DNA of 64,000 nucleotides. Origin: Macrostomum lignano (Eukaryota). Below are positions 31,781 through 46,097 of the stretch, piece after piece. The notes under the pieces were generated by a model. The model was not told where the DNA came from and did no database searches. It was given only the letters and a program-made list of their open reading frames with translations. Position numbers and translations under genes: made by a program. The stretch spans positions 1 through 64,000 of the forward strand of contig NIVC01003678.1 in the NCBI GenBank assembly GCA_002269645.1, read 5' to 3'. How positions within the stretch are numbered: position 1 is the first letter of the stretch; every line of letters starts with the position of its first letter.

Positions 31781-33287
31781 AACAACAACAACAACAGAGT
31801 ACGCTGTCAGTTCGCAAAAGCAGCGTCAGATGGCGCGCTTCGAAGCTTGGGCGCGAACAAAGGCCGCACCGCCGGCAGAGTCCGGGGCGCCGGCGTCAGC
31901 CAGCAGACAGTCGACGTAGCGCCGAGTCCTCGCCTGTCCCCGCCGGTAGGGTGCCTTCAACGTAAGTAGGAGCACCTCCTGCACCGGCTCCGGACAGTAG
32001 GCCTCAGCGCGGATGACGTGGCCTGCCAGCTGGAGTCGCCGACGGCGCAGCAGATCGCTAGGACGGGCCAGGCCGGCGCGATGATAGAGCGCCGTGTTGG
32101 TGACTCGCTCGTTGCCGATCTTGAAGGCGGCGCTCAGCAGGCCAGCGTGCGCCGCGTCGACTTGAGCCTCGAGCGAGTCTGTCAGCGTCCAGGTCTCGGC
32201 GTTGTATAACAGGACGGTCTCGATCACCGCCTGGAACAGCGCCGCCCTGGAACAGCGGCGGTCCGGTAGGGCCTCGGACTGCAGGACTGACCTTATAGAA
32301 CGAAAGGCAGCCCAGGCAAGTCCTCGGCGACGCCGCAGATCCTCGCGGACGTCGGGAACCAGACCGCCAAGGTAGACGAACTGCTGGCATCTTGGAAGCT
32401 CACTCGCCTGTCCGTTAGCGCCTCGGCAGAAGATTGCAGCCTCGGTGTCGTCCGGCACGCATAGCACGACGGTTTTCTGCGTGTTGACCACCAGGCCGAC
32501 GCTCGCCGCAACGGCAACCAGCCTATCCAGCTGTCGTTGGGCGCCCTTGACGGTCGAGGACAGCAGGGCAAGGTCATCGGCGTAGCCAAGCACGCTGAGC
32601 CGTCTCTCCGGTTGGCGTCGACCCACGCGTCGCCGCAGCAGGAAGCCGTCGTCGTTGGAAGGCAGAGCAGTCCGTAGCACCCAGTCAAGCACCAGAATAA
32701 ATAGGAACGGCGCTAGCGTATCTCCCCAGAGCACCCCGGAGGATGTCTCGAAGAAATCCGATAGGCCGTCCGGTGTTGAGACAGCAGCCGTCGTGCCGTG
32801 GTACAGCGCCATGACAGCAGAAATCAGCAGCTCTGGCACGTTGTACGCACGGAGCACCTCTGGGAGCGCGTCCCTCACGACCGAGTCAAAGGCCTTCCTG
32901 AAATCGACGAAGATCAGGATTAGGGTCAACTGGCGGATGTGCGCCTCCTCGATGACTCGCCGAAGAGCCAGGATCTGCGTCACTGTGCCGCGATGGGGCC
33001 GGAATCCGTTCTGCTCAGGCCGCAGGTAGGGGTCCAGCACAGGCTGTAACCGCGATAGCAGCATGTGGTTGAACAGCTTCGCGGCGCAGGACTGTAGGCA
33101 GATGCCTCGATGCTCCTCGAGCTTGGTGGTGCCCGGCTTCTTTGGAATGGCGACGATGTGCGCCGTGGTCCATTCGTTTGGCGCCACCTCACCGGAAAGC
33201 ACGCGGTTCATCACTCTGGCGACCTCAGTGGCCACGCAGTGGATCCGCAGCGCCTCGGTGGGTAGTGACGAGCGCCTCGGTGGGTAG
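31781..33287 (-). mobile_element. 5'-truncated RTE-like non-LTR retrotransposon with open RT ORF
   Basis: ORF 31826-~33265 has RT motifs (IPKKPG..HRGICL, EQNGFRPHRG, FVDFRKAFDSV, GVL(W)GDTLAPFLF, YADD, FVYLG). No endonuclease. (TGT/TTG)n 3' tail at 31781-31795. The ORF-track start at 33304 lies outside the element. Confidence 0.92.
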
Positions 33288-33772
33288 CAATATATGTTGC
33301 ACATCTACACATTTTACATGTACCAAGAAGGACCAATCTGTAGTAACTGCAGGATCGACGTACGTAAAACTCAAAGATCGTGTAAATTTTTACGAGGTTG
33401 ATAATCCGGGAAAAAACACTGTGGAGACGACAGGAAAAATCAATTTTTTCATCCCAAAATCTATGATTGAATTTGATCTGAGGCAGTGAATATTAATTAC
33501 CATTTTAGCGTGCACATGTTGATATAGTTGTGCAGTGTGAGAAGTTTCATTTTTATATTTTTTCATCGCCCAAGCCAAGTTGAGGATACGATCACAAGTG
33601 AAATTTTTGTTTTGTTCCTCAAGAAGCATGCAGCAAAACTTAAAAATGAAACTTTCAGTCTACACAACAACAACAACATGAAACAACAACAACAACAATA
33701 ACAACAACAACAACAAAGTCTATTTGTCAGCCAAGTCAAGCGTCTCGGGATGATGTGACCTACTACTAGTTG

Positions 33773-34130
33773 CTAGCTGGAGTCGCCGACGGCGCAACAG
33801 GCCGGTGCGGCGATGGAGTGCCGCATTGGTGATATGCTCGTAGCCGATCTATAGGCGGCGCGCAGCAGGCCAGCGTACGCCGCATCGACCTTGCTGTTCG
33901 AACGCATCCGTCAGCGTTCCAAGGTCTCGTCGTTATACAACAGGACGGTCTCGATCACCGCCTGGAACAACGCCGCTCTCTGGCGGTCAGGCAGGACCTC
34001 GGACTGCAAGCCGTCCGGAACGGAAGGCAGGCCAGGAAATTCTACGCGGCGACGACGTCGCAAGTCCTCACGAACATCTGCTGGCCCCAGACCGCCGAGG
34101 TAGACGAACTGCTGACAGCGCGAAAGCTCG
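33773..34130 (-). mobile_element. Degenerate RTE-like fragment, with a (CAA)n tract at 33664-33717 nearby
   Basis: Nucleotide similarity to 32025-32400 (gctggagtcgccgacggcgca; aacaggacggtctcgatcaccgcctggaac). Confidence 0.8.
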
Positions 34131-35318
34131 TCACTACAAAACTATATAATATACAAACATTAACATGTCGTGAAATATGTTAAATTAAAGAAATGGTCAT
34201 ATCCTCAATCCTCGATCCTCAATTGCAATCATTGGTTTTGTGATTAACATTTTTTCCTATCTTCAGAGTATATTTTTCCAGTAAACCGTCTTAAAACTTT
34301 ACACGATATTCGAGTTACGTCCTGTTATGCTACAGTGAGTGCTCCTTGAGTGTTACACGTGCACATGTGTAAAGTCCACCGCGAGACAGAAGCAGCCAGG
34401 GTAAGGGGAGCTGCAACTCCCAATATATAGGCTGATAAAAATTATGGCGCCCATTCACGACATCTGCAGGTGCTGGTCGCACCCCCGTGTTGACGATCTC
34501 GATACTTTATTTAATTTAACGTACATATGGAAGATGTGTACAGATGCTATGGCTGCTGTCATGCTCTTCCACTGACTACATCGTCTGTTTTTTTGTTTAA
34601 ATACTGTACATATTTATTTTTGTTAGACGTGAATGTGATATAATTTACATTTCAGTACATGTCAATGAAACAAAAACACACAATATATCTGCAGTTTCAC
34701 AAAACCGCGGCCGGATTTGCAGGTAAAATTGAGAATAATAAATTTTAAAGAAGGATTAAGCTACTTTAGAAATTTCAGGCTCAAATATATCACTCTGTTA
34801 AACATCGATTCCATGATTTAATGTACGGTGTGTGCAAAAATGTCAAGTTCCCTTTTTAATTGTTCTGCATTTTTGTAAATTGAACCAAACAGAGCTGAGA
34901 GAAGATTTTGATTGTACTTCAAAAGCAAATCTTTTCTTGGAATGCAATGTACAGGCGCTCTTATCTAAAGAAATGGCGCTGCATATATTTGATCAAAATT
35001 AATTTATACACAAGATTAACAACACGTATACTCTACTTACAGTAATACGGTATGAAAATCTGCAAAGCTTACACAGTTTTGGCAGTACAAAAATTACAAA
35101 ATTTGCGAAAAATATCTTTAGTTGTAGATTAATTTTTACTCTCAATTCACTAGCTATTATCTGGAGATTTAATCTCTGGGGATTAACTCTCAGTGGCTCA
35201 GGGAGCCTAAAATATGAGATTGGAGGCAATCCAAAACGACATTAACTGACACAGTTAGCTACATAGTAAAAAATAGACATGCGTAGCAACATGTAACGCT
35301 TCATAAGTATGTAAATTG

Positions 35319-35542
35319 ATTTGAAGGCCGATCGATTTCTTTGAGAAAAGCTATCGTTTCACAAGTTATGAAACCGCCATCCATAGTTACAGGCCAATAA
35401 AATTTAGATAGTTTGGGTCATATACAACGGTTTAAAACTCGTCCTAAATTATTAAAAATGACTTTGAGAAGTTACGGAAGGTCATTTCAACCAGGTACTG
35501 ATCTTACTAATGCATTTTGTAGTCAAAAATCGGCCTTCAAAT
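35319..35542. mobile_element. Possible small MITE
   Basis: 14-bp inverted repeat ATTTGAAGGCCGAT/ATCGGCCTTCAAAT. The same end sequence also occurs near 4080. No TSD established. Confidence 0.35.
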
Positions 35543-35615
35543 ATTTACTATGAATTAAGAAATGTAGTCGAGTGTTAAAAATTACTAAAAATAGTAGTAG
35601 TAGTCTTTAAAGAAA

Positions 35616-38600
35616 TCAACTATCATTCGAACCTGTGAGTTTGCCAGCTGGACTTGCAACAATGTGAATACCGTGTTCCTGAAGCACCTGCTCCACAATC
35701 ACGTGATTGTTGGCTCGGGTGCTCACAATGCGCTCTGGCAGGTCGCCTCCTATACCGGCTGATGTGCGGCTGCCAAACTGCAAAGTTGAGAACTTCTTTT
35801 TTATAAATTTTATAAAATACACATCGCACTTTGTGACAGGTACTGAGAGACTACATGGCACTCTGTGACAGGCACACTGAGAGGCTGAATCACACTCTGT
35901 GACAGGCACACTGAGAGGCTGAATCACACTCTGTGACAGGCACACTGAGAGACTGAATCACACTCTGTGACAGGCACACTGAGAGGCTGAATCACACTCT
36001 GTGACAGGCACACTGAGAGGCTGAATCACACTCTGTGGCAGGCACACTGAGAGGGCTGAATCACACTCTGGACAGGCACACTGAGAGGCTGAATCACACT
36101 CTGGACAGGCACACTGAGAGGCTGAATCACACTCTGTGACAGGCACACTGAGAGGCTGAATCACACTCTGGACAGGCACACTGAGAGGCTGAATCACACT
36201 CTGTGACAGGCACACTGAGAGGGCTGAATCACACTCTGGACAGGCACACTGAGAGGCTGAATCACACTCTGTGACAGGCACACTGAGAGGCTGAATCACA
36301 CTCTGTGACAGGCACACTGAGAGGCTGAATCACACCACTCTGGACAGGCACACTGAGAGGCTGAATCACACTCTGTGACAGGCACACTGAGAGGCTGAAT
36401 CACACTCTGTGGCAGGCACACTGAGAGGGCTGAATCACACTCTGGACAGGCACACTGAGAGGCTGAATCACACTCTGTGAAAGGCACACTGAGAGGCTGA
36501 ATCACACTCTGTGACAGGCACACTGAGAGGCTGAATCACACCACTCTGGACAGGCACACTGAGAGGCTGAATCACACTCTGTGACAGGCACACTGAGAGG
36601 CTGAATCACACTCTGTGGCAGGCACACTGAGAGGGCTGAATCACACTCTGGACAGGCACACTGAGAGGCTGAATCACACTCTGTGGCAGGCACACTGAGA
36701 GGGCTGAATCACACTCTGGACAGGCACACTGAGAGGCTGAATCACACTCTGTGACAGGCACACTGAGAGGCTGAATCACACTCTGTGGCAGGCACACTGA
36801 GAGGGCTGAATCACACTCTGTGACAGGCACACTGAGAGGCTGAATCACACTCTGGACAGGCACACTGAGAGGCTGAATCACACTCTGGACAGGCACACTG
36901 ACAGGCTGAATCACACTCTGGACAGGCACACTGAGAGGCTGAATCACACTCTGTGACAGGCACACTGAGAGGCTGAATCACACTCTGTGGCAGGCACACT
37001 GAGAGGGCTGAATCACACTCTGGACAGGCACACTGAGAGGCTGAATCACACTCTGGACAGGCACACTGACAGGCTGAATCACACTCTGGACAGGCACACT
37101 GAGAGGCTGAATCACACTCTGTGACAGGCACACTGAGAGGCTGAATCACACTCTGTGGCAGGCACACTGAGAGGCTGAATCACACTCTGGACAGGCACAC
37201 TGACAGGCTGAATCGCACTTTGTGACAGGTACTGAGAGACTACATGGCACTCTGTGACAGGCACACTGAGAGGCTGAATCACACTCTGTGACAGGCACAC
37301 TGAGAGGCTGAATCACACTCTGTGACAGGCACACTGAGAGGCTGAATCACACTCTGTGACAGGCACACTGAGAGGCTGAATCACACTCTGTGACAGGCAC
37401 ACTGACAGGCTGAATCACACTCTGTGACAGGCACACTGAGAGGCTGAATCACACTCTGGATAGGCACACTGAGAGGCTGAATCACACTCTGTGGCAGGCA
37501 CACTGAGAGGGCTGAATCACACTCTGTGACAGGCACACTGAGAGGCTGAATCACACTCTGGACAGGCACACTGAGAGGCTGAATCACACTCTGTGACAGG
37601 CACACTGAGAGGCTGAATCACACTCTGGACAGGCACACTGAGAGGCTGAATCACACTCTGGACAGGCACACTGAGAGGCTGAATCACACTCTGTGACAGG
37701 CACACTGAGAGGCTGAATCACACTCTGTGACAGGCACACTGAGAGGCTGAATCACACTCTGTGACAGGCACACTGAGAGGCTGAATCACACTCTGTGACA
37801 GGCACACTGAGAGGCTGAATCACACTCTGGACAGGCACACTGAGAGGCTGAATCACACTCTGTGACAGGCACACTGAGAGGCTGAATCACACTCTGTGAC
37901 AGGCACACTGAGAGGCTGAATCACACTCTGTGACAGGCACACTGAGAGGCTGAATCACACTCTGTGGCAGGCACACTGAGAGGGCTGAATCACACTCTGG
38001 ACAGGCACACTGAGAGGCTGAATCACACTCTGGACAGGCACACTGAGAGGCTGAATCACACTCTGTGACAGGCACACTGAGAGGCTGAATCACACTCTGT
38101 GACAGGCACACTGAGAGGCTGAATCACACCACTCTGGACAGGCACACTGAGAGGCTGAATCACACTCTGTGACAGGCACACTGAGAGGCTGAATCACACT
38201 CTGTGGCAGGCACACTGAGAGGGCTGAATCACACTCTGGACAGGCACACTGAGAGGCTGAATCACACTCTGTGACAGGCACACTGAGAGGCTGAATCACA
38301 CTCTGTGACAGGCACACTGAGAGGCTGAATCACACCACTCTGGACAGGCACACTGAGAGGCTGAATCACACTCTGTGACAGGCACACTGAGAGGCTGAAT
38401 CACACTCTGTGGCAGGCACACTGAGAGGGCTGAATCACACTCTGGACAGGCACACTGAGAGGCTGAATCACACTCTGTGGCAGGCACACTGAGAGGGCTG
38501 AATCACACTCTGGACAGGCACACTGAGAGGCTGAATCACACTCTGTGACAGGCACACTGAGAGGCTGAATCACACTCTGTGGCAGGCACACTGAGAGGGC

Positions 38601-41567
38601 TGAATCACACTCTGGACAGGCACACTGAGAGGCTGAATCACACTCTGGACAGGCACACTGAGAGGCTGAATCACACTCTGGACAGGCACACTGACAGGCT
38701 GAATCACACTCTGGACAGGCACACTGAGAGGCTGAATCACACTCTGTGACAGGCACACTGAGAGGCTGAATCACACTCTGTGGCAGGCACACTGAGAGGG
38801 CTGAATCACACTCTGGACAGGCACACTGAGAGGCTGAATCACACTCTGGACAGGCACACTGACAGGCTGAATCACACTCTGGACAGGCACACTGAGAGGC
38901 TGAATCACACTCTGTGACAGGCACACTGAGAGGCTGAATCACACTCTGTGGCAGGCACACTGAGAGGCTGAATCACACTCTGGACAGGCACACTGAGAGG
39001 CTGAATCACACTCTGTGACAGGCACACTGAGAGGCTGAATCACACTCTGTGGCGGGCACACTGAGAGGCTGAATCACACTCTGGACAGGCACACTGACAG
39101 GCTGAATCGCACTTTGTGACAGGTACTGAGAGACTACATGGCACTCTGTGACAGGCACACTGAGAGGCTGAATCACACTCTGTGACAGGCACACTGAGAG
39201 GCTGAATCACACTCTGTGACAGGCACACTGAGAGGCTGAATCACACTCTGTGACAGGCACACTGAGAGGCTGAATCACACTCTGTGACAGGCACACTGAC
39301 AGGCTGAATCACACTCTGTGACAGGCACACTGAGAGGCTGAATCACACTCTGTGACAGGCACACTGAGAGGCTGAATCACACTCTGGACAGGCACACTGA
39401 GAGGCTGAATCACACTCTGTGACAGGCACACTGAGAGGCTGAATCACACTCTGTGACAGGCACACTGAGAGGCTGAATCACACTCTGTGACAGGCACACT
39501 GAGAGGCTGAATCACACTCTGTGGCAGGCACACTGAGAGGGCTGAATCACACTCTGGACAGGCACACTGAGAGGCTGAATCACACTCTGGACAGGCACAC
39601 TGAGAGGCTGAATCACACTCTGTGACAGGCACACTGAGAGGCTGAATCACACTCTGGACAGGCACACTGAGAGGCTGAATCACACTCTGGACAGGCACAC
39701 TGAGAGGCTGAATCACACTCTGTGGCAGGCACACTGAGAGGGCTGAATCACACTCTGGACAGGCACACTGAGAGGCTGAATCACACTCTGGACAGGCACA
39801 CTGAGAGGCTGAATCACACTCTGTGACAGGCACACTGAGAGGCTGAATCACACTCTGTGACAGGCACACTGAGAGGCTGAATCACACCACTCTGGACAGG
39901 CACACTGAGAGGCTGAATCACACTCTGTGACAGGCACACTGAGAGGCTGAATCACACTCTGTGGCAGGCACACTGAGAGGGCTGAATCACACTCTGGACA
40001 GGCACACTGAGAGGCTGAATCACACTCTGTGACAGGCACACTGAGAGGCTGAATCACACTCTGTGACAGGCACACTGAGAGGCTGAATCACACCACTCTG
40101 GACAGGCACACTGAGAGGCTGAATCACACTCTGTGACAGGCACACTGAGAGGCTGAATCACACTCTGTGGCAGGCACACTGAGAGGGCTGAATCACACTC
40201 TGGACAGGCACACTGAGAGGCTGAATCACACTCTGTGGCAGGCACACTGAGAGGGCTGAATCACACTCTGTGACAGGCACACTGAGAGGCTGAATCACAC
40301 TCTGTGACAGGCACACTGAGAGGCTGAATCACACTCTGTGACAGGCACACTGAGAGGGCTGAATCACACTCTGGACAGGCACACTGAGAGGCTGAATCAC
40401 ACTCTGGACAGGCACACTGAGAGGCTGAATCACACTCTGGACAGGCACACTGACAGGCTGAATCACACTCTGGACAGGCACACTGAGAGGCTGAATCACA
40501 CTCTGTGACAGGCACACTGAGAGGCTGAATCACACTCTGTGGCAGGCACACTGAGAGGGCTGAATCACACTCTGGACAGGCACACTGAGAGGCTGAATCA
40601 CACTCTGGACAGGCACACTGACAGGCTGAATCACACTCTGGACAGGCACACTGAGAGGCTGAATCACACTCTGTGACAGGCACACTGAGAGGCTGAATCA
40701 CACTCTGTGGCAGGCACACTGAGAGGCTGAATCACACTCTGGACAGGCACACTGAGAGGCTGAATCACACTCTGGACAGGCACACTGACAGGCTGAATCA
40801 CACTCTGGACAGGCACACTGAGAGGCTGAATCACACTCTGTGACAGGCATACTGAGAGGCTGAATCACACTCTGTGGCAGGCACACTGAGAGGCTGAATC
40901 ACACTCTGGACAGGCACACTGAGAGGCTGAATCACACTCTGTGACAGGCACACTGAGAGGCTGAATCACACTCTGTGACAGGCACACTGAGAGACTGCAT
41001 CACACTCTGAGACAGGCACACTGAGAGACTGCATCACACTCTGAGACAGGCACACTGAGAGACTGCATCACACTCTGAGACAGGCACACTGAGAGACTGC
41101 ATCACACTCTGTGACAGGCACACTGAGAGGCTGCATCACACTCTGTGACAGGCACACTGAGAGGCTGAATCACACTCTGTGACAGGCACACTGAGAGGCT
41201 GAATCACACTCTGTGACAGGCACACTGAGAGACTGCATCACACTCTGTGACAGGCACACTGAGAGACTGCATCACACTCTGTGACAGGCACACTGAGAGG
41301 CTGCATCACACTCTGTGACAGGCACACTGAGAGGCTGCATCACACTCTGTGACAGGCACACTGAGAGGCTGCATCACACTCTGTGACAGGCACACTGAGA
41401 GGCTGCATCACACTCTGTGACAGGCACACTGAGAGGCTGCATAACATTCTGAGACAACCTACAGGAACTTTATCAACAAAAACTACATAAAAAGTGCTGT
41501 GGGTTGGTGATATCTGCAGCACTTTCAATACTCTTATTATTTTATGATCTGAATTTATTGAGTTCAT
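35616..41567 (-). CDS. Possible two-exon 88-aa ORF spanning the 34-bp satellite
   Basis: 41567-41463 (ATG, CCT|GTAGGT donor, phase 0) joins 35777-35616 (TTGCAG acceptor, phase 0). No homology recognised. Confidence 0.25.
35822..41450. repeat. 34/32-bp satellite array (CTCTGTGACAGGCACACTGAGAGGCTGAATCACA)n, ~5.6 kb
   Basis: Period 34 with a 32-bp variant; higher-order blocks of about 1.8 kb. Confidence 0.97.
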
Positions 41568-41975
41568 TATTTTTACAATCAGCGTCTACTTTGTTTTATT
41601 AGCGCGTATACAAATTTTTTATTACTAAATTGAATGCTGCGAAATCTATAGGCCATAAAACACCCACTTATTTGAGCATGATTTACAATTGTCTGATATA
41701 ATACATATCTTATTATACTATCGGAATACTTTTATAAGAAGGGAGAAGGGTAATATAGCAGCTTTACTCTAGCATTGTAATTTATATATATATATATATG
41801 AGCTCAGGCTAACCGCTCACAATTCCCACAGTCTCCCATCTTCCCCGTCTAGCTTATAAGTAAAACCAAAATATGGCATATTTGAAGCCTGTATAAGTTT
41901 GCTCACACTGCACTACTTTGCTCACACGCTCTGCACAGACGGGCGGAATTTGAAGAGCCAAGTCAGTAATTCACT

Positions 41976-43470
41976 CCCAGTGCCCCTCCCAGTGCCTCTC
42001 CCAGTGCCTCTTCCAGTGCCTCTCCCAGTGTCTTTCCCAGAGCCTCTCCCAGAGCCTCTCCCAGTGCCCCTCCCAGTGCCTCTCCCAGTGCCTCTTCCAG
42101 TGCCTTTCCCAGTGCCTCTCCCAGTGCCTTTCCCAGTGCCTCTCCCAGAGCCTCTCCCAGTGCCTCTCCCAGTGCCTTTCCCAGTGCCTCTCCCAGTGCC
42201 TCTCCCAGTGCCTTTCCCAGTGCCTCTCCCAGTGCCTTTCCCAGTGCCTCTCCCAGTGCCTCTCCCAGTGTCTCTCCCAGTGCCTCTCCCAGTGCCTCTC
42301 CCAGTGCCTCTCCCAGTGCCTCTCCCAGTGCCTCTCCCAGTGTCTCTCCCAGTGCCTCTCCCAGTGCCTCTCCCAGTGCCTCTCCCAGTGCCTTTCCCAG
42401 TGCCTCTCCCAGTGCCTCTCCCAGTGCCTCTCCCAGTGCCTTTCCCAGTGCCTCTCCCAGTGCCTCTCCCAGTGTCTCTCCCAGTGCCTCTCCCAGTGCC
42501 TCTCCCAGTGCCTCTCCCAGTGCCTTTCCCAGTGCCTCTCCAGTGCCTCTCCCAGTGCCTCTCCCAGTGCCTTTCCCAGTGCCTCTCCCAGTGCCTCTCC
42601 AGTGTCTCTCCCAGTGCCTCTCCCAGTGCCTCTCCCAGTGCCTCTCCCAGTGCCTTTCCCAGTGCCTCTCCCAGTGCCTCTCCCAGTGCCTTTCCCAGTG
42701 CCTCTCCCAGTGCCTCTCCCAGTGCCTCTCCCAGTGCCTTTCCCAGTGCCTCTCCCAGTGCCTTTCCCAGTGCCTCTCCCAGTGCCTTTCCCAGTGCCTC
42801 TCCCAGTGCCTCTCCCAGTGTCTCTCCCAGTGCCTCTCCCAGTGTCTCTCCCAGTGCCTTTTCCAGTGCCTCTCCCAGTGCCTCTCCCAGTGCCTTTCCC
42901 AGTGCCTCTCCCAGTGCCTTTCCCAGTGCCTCTCCCAGTGCCTTTCCCAGTGCCTCTCCCAGTGCCTCTCCCAGTGTCTCTCCCAGTGCCTCTCCCAGTG
43001 CCTCTCCCAGTGCCTCTCCCAGTGCCTCTCCTAGTGCCTCTCCCAGTGCCTCTCTCATTGCCTCTCCCAGTGCCTCTCCCAGTGCCTCTCCTAGTGCCTC
43101 TCCCAGTGCCTCTCCCAGTGCCTCTCCCAGTGCCTCTTCCATTGCCTCTCCCAGTGCCTCTTCCATTGCCTCTCCCAGTGCCTCTCCCAGTGCCTCTCCT
43201 AGTGCCTCTCCCAGTGCCCCTCCCAGTGCCTTTCCCATTGCCTCTCCCAGTGTCTCTCTCAGTGCCTTTTCCAGTGCCTCTCCCAGTGCCTCTCCCAGTG
43301 CCTCTCCCGGTGCCTCTTCAGTGCCTCTCCCAGTGCCTCTCCCGGTGCCTCTTCAGTGCCTCTCCTAGTGCCTCTCCCAGTGCCTCTTCCGGTGCCTCTC
43401 CCAGTGCCTCTCCCGGTGCCTCTTCAGTGCCTCTCCCAGTGCCTCTCCCAGTGCCTCTCCTGGTGCCTTT
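41976..43470. repeat. (CCCAGTGCCTCT)n 12-mer array
   Basis: Direct reading; the PVPL/SASP/QCLS ORFs are artefacts. Confidence 0.95.
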
Positions 43471-43944
43471 CCCAGGACCTCCCACATGCGAATGTTCGTC
43501 AGCTCGCCAACAAACACAATTCTTCATCATTTGGCATGCAGAGAGCCTGTGTCTGAGCTGCCACGCAGTCTCTTGAGGGCTCACGGTCGTCCAAGAATAT
43601 TATATAAGCAACACGCGACCTTGGCACTCACTGCGTATTGCAAAAGAGAAATTGGGAGACAGAGAGAAGGGTGCATTAATTATTCGTAAGCTGACCATTT
43701 GCAGCCCTATATGGATTCGTGCACTGCATCTTTAGGATTAAGCTAATGATAGCATTTTGTTGCGGAGGCTGACCCTTGTCAATATTATCAAGGAGGGAGC
43801 AGCCTTGGGGACTCTCTCCGATTTTGGCTTCCGTGCTGCTGTACTTTTAGTTTAATAGCATGCGAGCTTAGGGACTTCCGGTATTTTTCCATTGCAGCCA
43901 ATGGCGCGTTTATGGTGAATTTCACGGACTCATTAATCTTCAGT

Positions 43945-44790
43945 TTCAATCGGTCATAATCCTTCAATCAAATCGGTCATAACTCACCAATAAAACCGGT
44001 CATAATTCCCCAATCAAATCGGTCATAATTCCGAGTCAAATCGGTCATAATTCCCCAATCAAATCGGTCATAATTCCGAGTCGAATCGGTCATAATTCCC
44101 CTATCAAATCGGTCATAATTCCCCAATTGAAATCGGTCATAATTCCCCAATCAAATCGGTCATAATTCCGAGTCGAATCGGTCATAAATCCCCTATCAAA
44201 TCGGTCATAATTCCCCAATTGAAATCGGTCATAATTCCCCAATCAAATCGGTCATATTCCCCAATCAAATCGGTCATAATTCCCCAATTGAAATCGGTCA
44301 TAATTCCCCAATCAAATCGGTCATATTCCCCAATCAAATCGGTCATAATTCCCCAATTGAAATCGGTCATAATTCCCCAATCAAATCGGTCATAATTCCC
44401 CAATTGAAATCGGTCATAATTTCCCAATTGAAATCGGTCATAATTCCCCAATCAAATCGGTCATATTCCCCAATCAAATCAGTCATAATTCCTAGTCAAA
44501 TCGGTCATAATTCCCCAATCAAATCGGTCATAATTCCGAGTCGAATCGGTAATAATTCCCCAATCAAATCGGTCATAATTCCGAGTCGAATCGGTCATAA
44601 TTCCCCAATCAAATCGGTCATAATTCCGAGTCGAATCGGTCATAATTCCCCTATCAAATCGGTCATAATTCCCCAATTGAAATCGGTCATAATTCCCCAA
44701 TCAAATCGGTCATAATTCCCCTATCAAATCGGTCATAATTCCGAGTCAAATCGGTCATAATTTCCCAATTGAAATCAGTCATAACTTCCA
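43945..44790. repeat. ~22-24-bp minisatellite (AATCGGTCATAATTCCCCAATCA)n
   Basis: Direct reading. Confidence 0.9.
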
Positions 44791-45520
44791 TAGTTCTCCA
44801 ATTCAAATCGGTAGAACCACATGACCTACACGACTCACGCTAGCTAGTACCACAAGCCAATGTTTTATAGTACAAAATGTACTCTATCTCACGCCCCAAC
44901 CCGATTCCCTGCTGTCACTGGGCAGAGCCTTCCGCAGTATTACCTATGGGAACGAGGTGGAAAGCGGAAATTAAAATCCTACATTTAACTCCCAATCCGA
45001 CAAGTCAGCAAATTTTTGCACTTTAAAAGAAGCAGCTTGCAAAATCGATTGCTTCAAAACTTGTTGACGGGAGGACAAAGTTAATTAACGGGTGAGCATG
45101 GACTCCAGGCTCTGCAGATCAGCTGCCCAGAGTTTAATCCAAACACAAGTTCAGTTTCTGTCTTTAACTAAACATTTAGACAGAGGAAGCTGCGGTTGCT
45201 ATGGTTACCACTGTTTGCGCAAACGCGATTTTAGCCAAACCAAGAGTAAAATACCTCAATTTTATTAAATTAAAGGTCAAGTAGGAATCATAGAACACCG
45301 ATTTGGAATTATTTAGATGAAAGGGTCAAAGCTGGAACACTGAAAACGGAGCCGTAGGACTGACCAGTAAAAGTACAACTTTTCGACGCAGAACTTGGGA
45401 GTTGAATAAATTTAAGGACTGGACTCGTGATACTGGGGTGGCAAAATTGAGAGCAAATACGTTTTTTGATACTCGACAAAAGTGCAAACAGACAGGCAGG
45501 AATACTGAGAGGCGGATAGA

Positions 45521-45601
45521 CAGACAGGCAGACAGGCAGACAGGCAGACAGACAGACAGGCAGACAGGCAGACAGGCAGACAGGCAAACAGGCAGACAGG
45601 C

Positions 45602-45634
<33 letters not shown>

Positions 45635-45637
45635 GTC

Positions 45638-45702
<65 letters not shown>

Positions 45703-45793
45703 GGCAGGCAGACAGGCAGACAGACAGACAGGCAGACAGGCAGACAGGCAGACAGACAGACAGACAGACAGACAGGCAGACAGACAGACAGGC

Positions 45794-45826
<33 letters not shown>

Positions 45827-45941
45827 GGCAGACAGGCAGACAGGCAGACAGGCAGACAGGCAGACAGACAGGCAGACAGGCAGACAGGCAGACAGACAGA
45901 CAGACAGGCAGACAGGCAGACAGGCAGACAGGCAGACAGGC

Positions 45942-45974
<33 letters not shown>

Positions 45975-46097
45975 GGAAGACAGGCAGACAGGCAGACAGA
46001 CAGACAGACAGACAGACAAGCAGACAGGCAGACAGACAGACAGACAGACAGACAGGCAGACAGGCAGACAGACAGACAGACAGACAGGCAGACAGGC
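45521..46097. repeat. (CAGA/CAGG)n microsatellite
   Basis: Direct reading. Confidence 0.95.

Noticed and set aside
35822-41450. CRISPR array or Cys-rich repeat protein
   Set aside because: No unique spacers, eukaryotic context, and the ORFs are short products of a non-triplet satellite.
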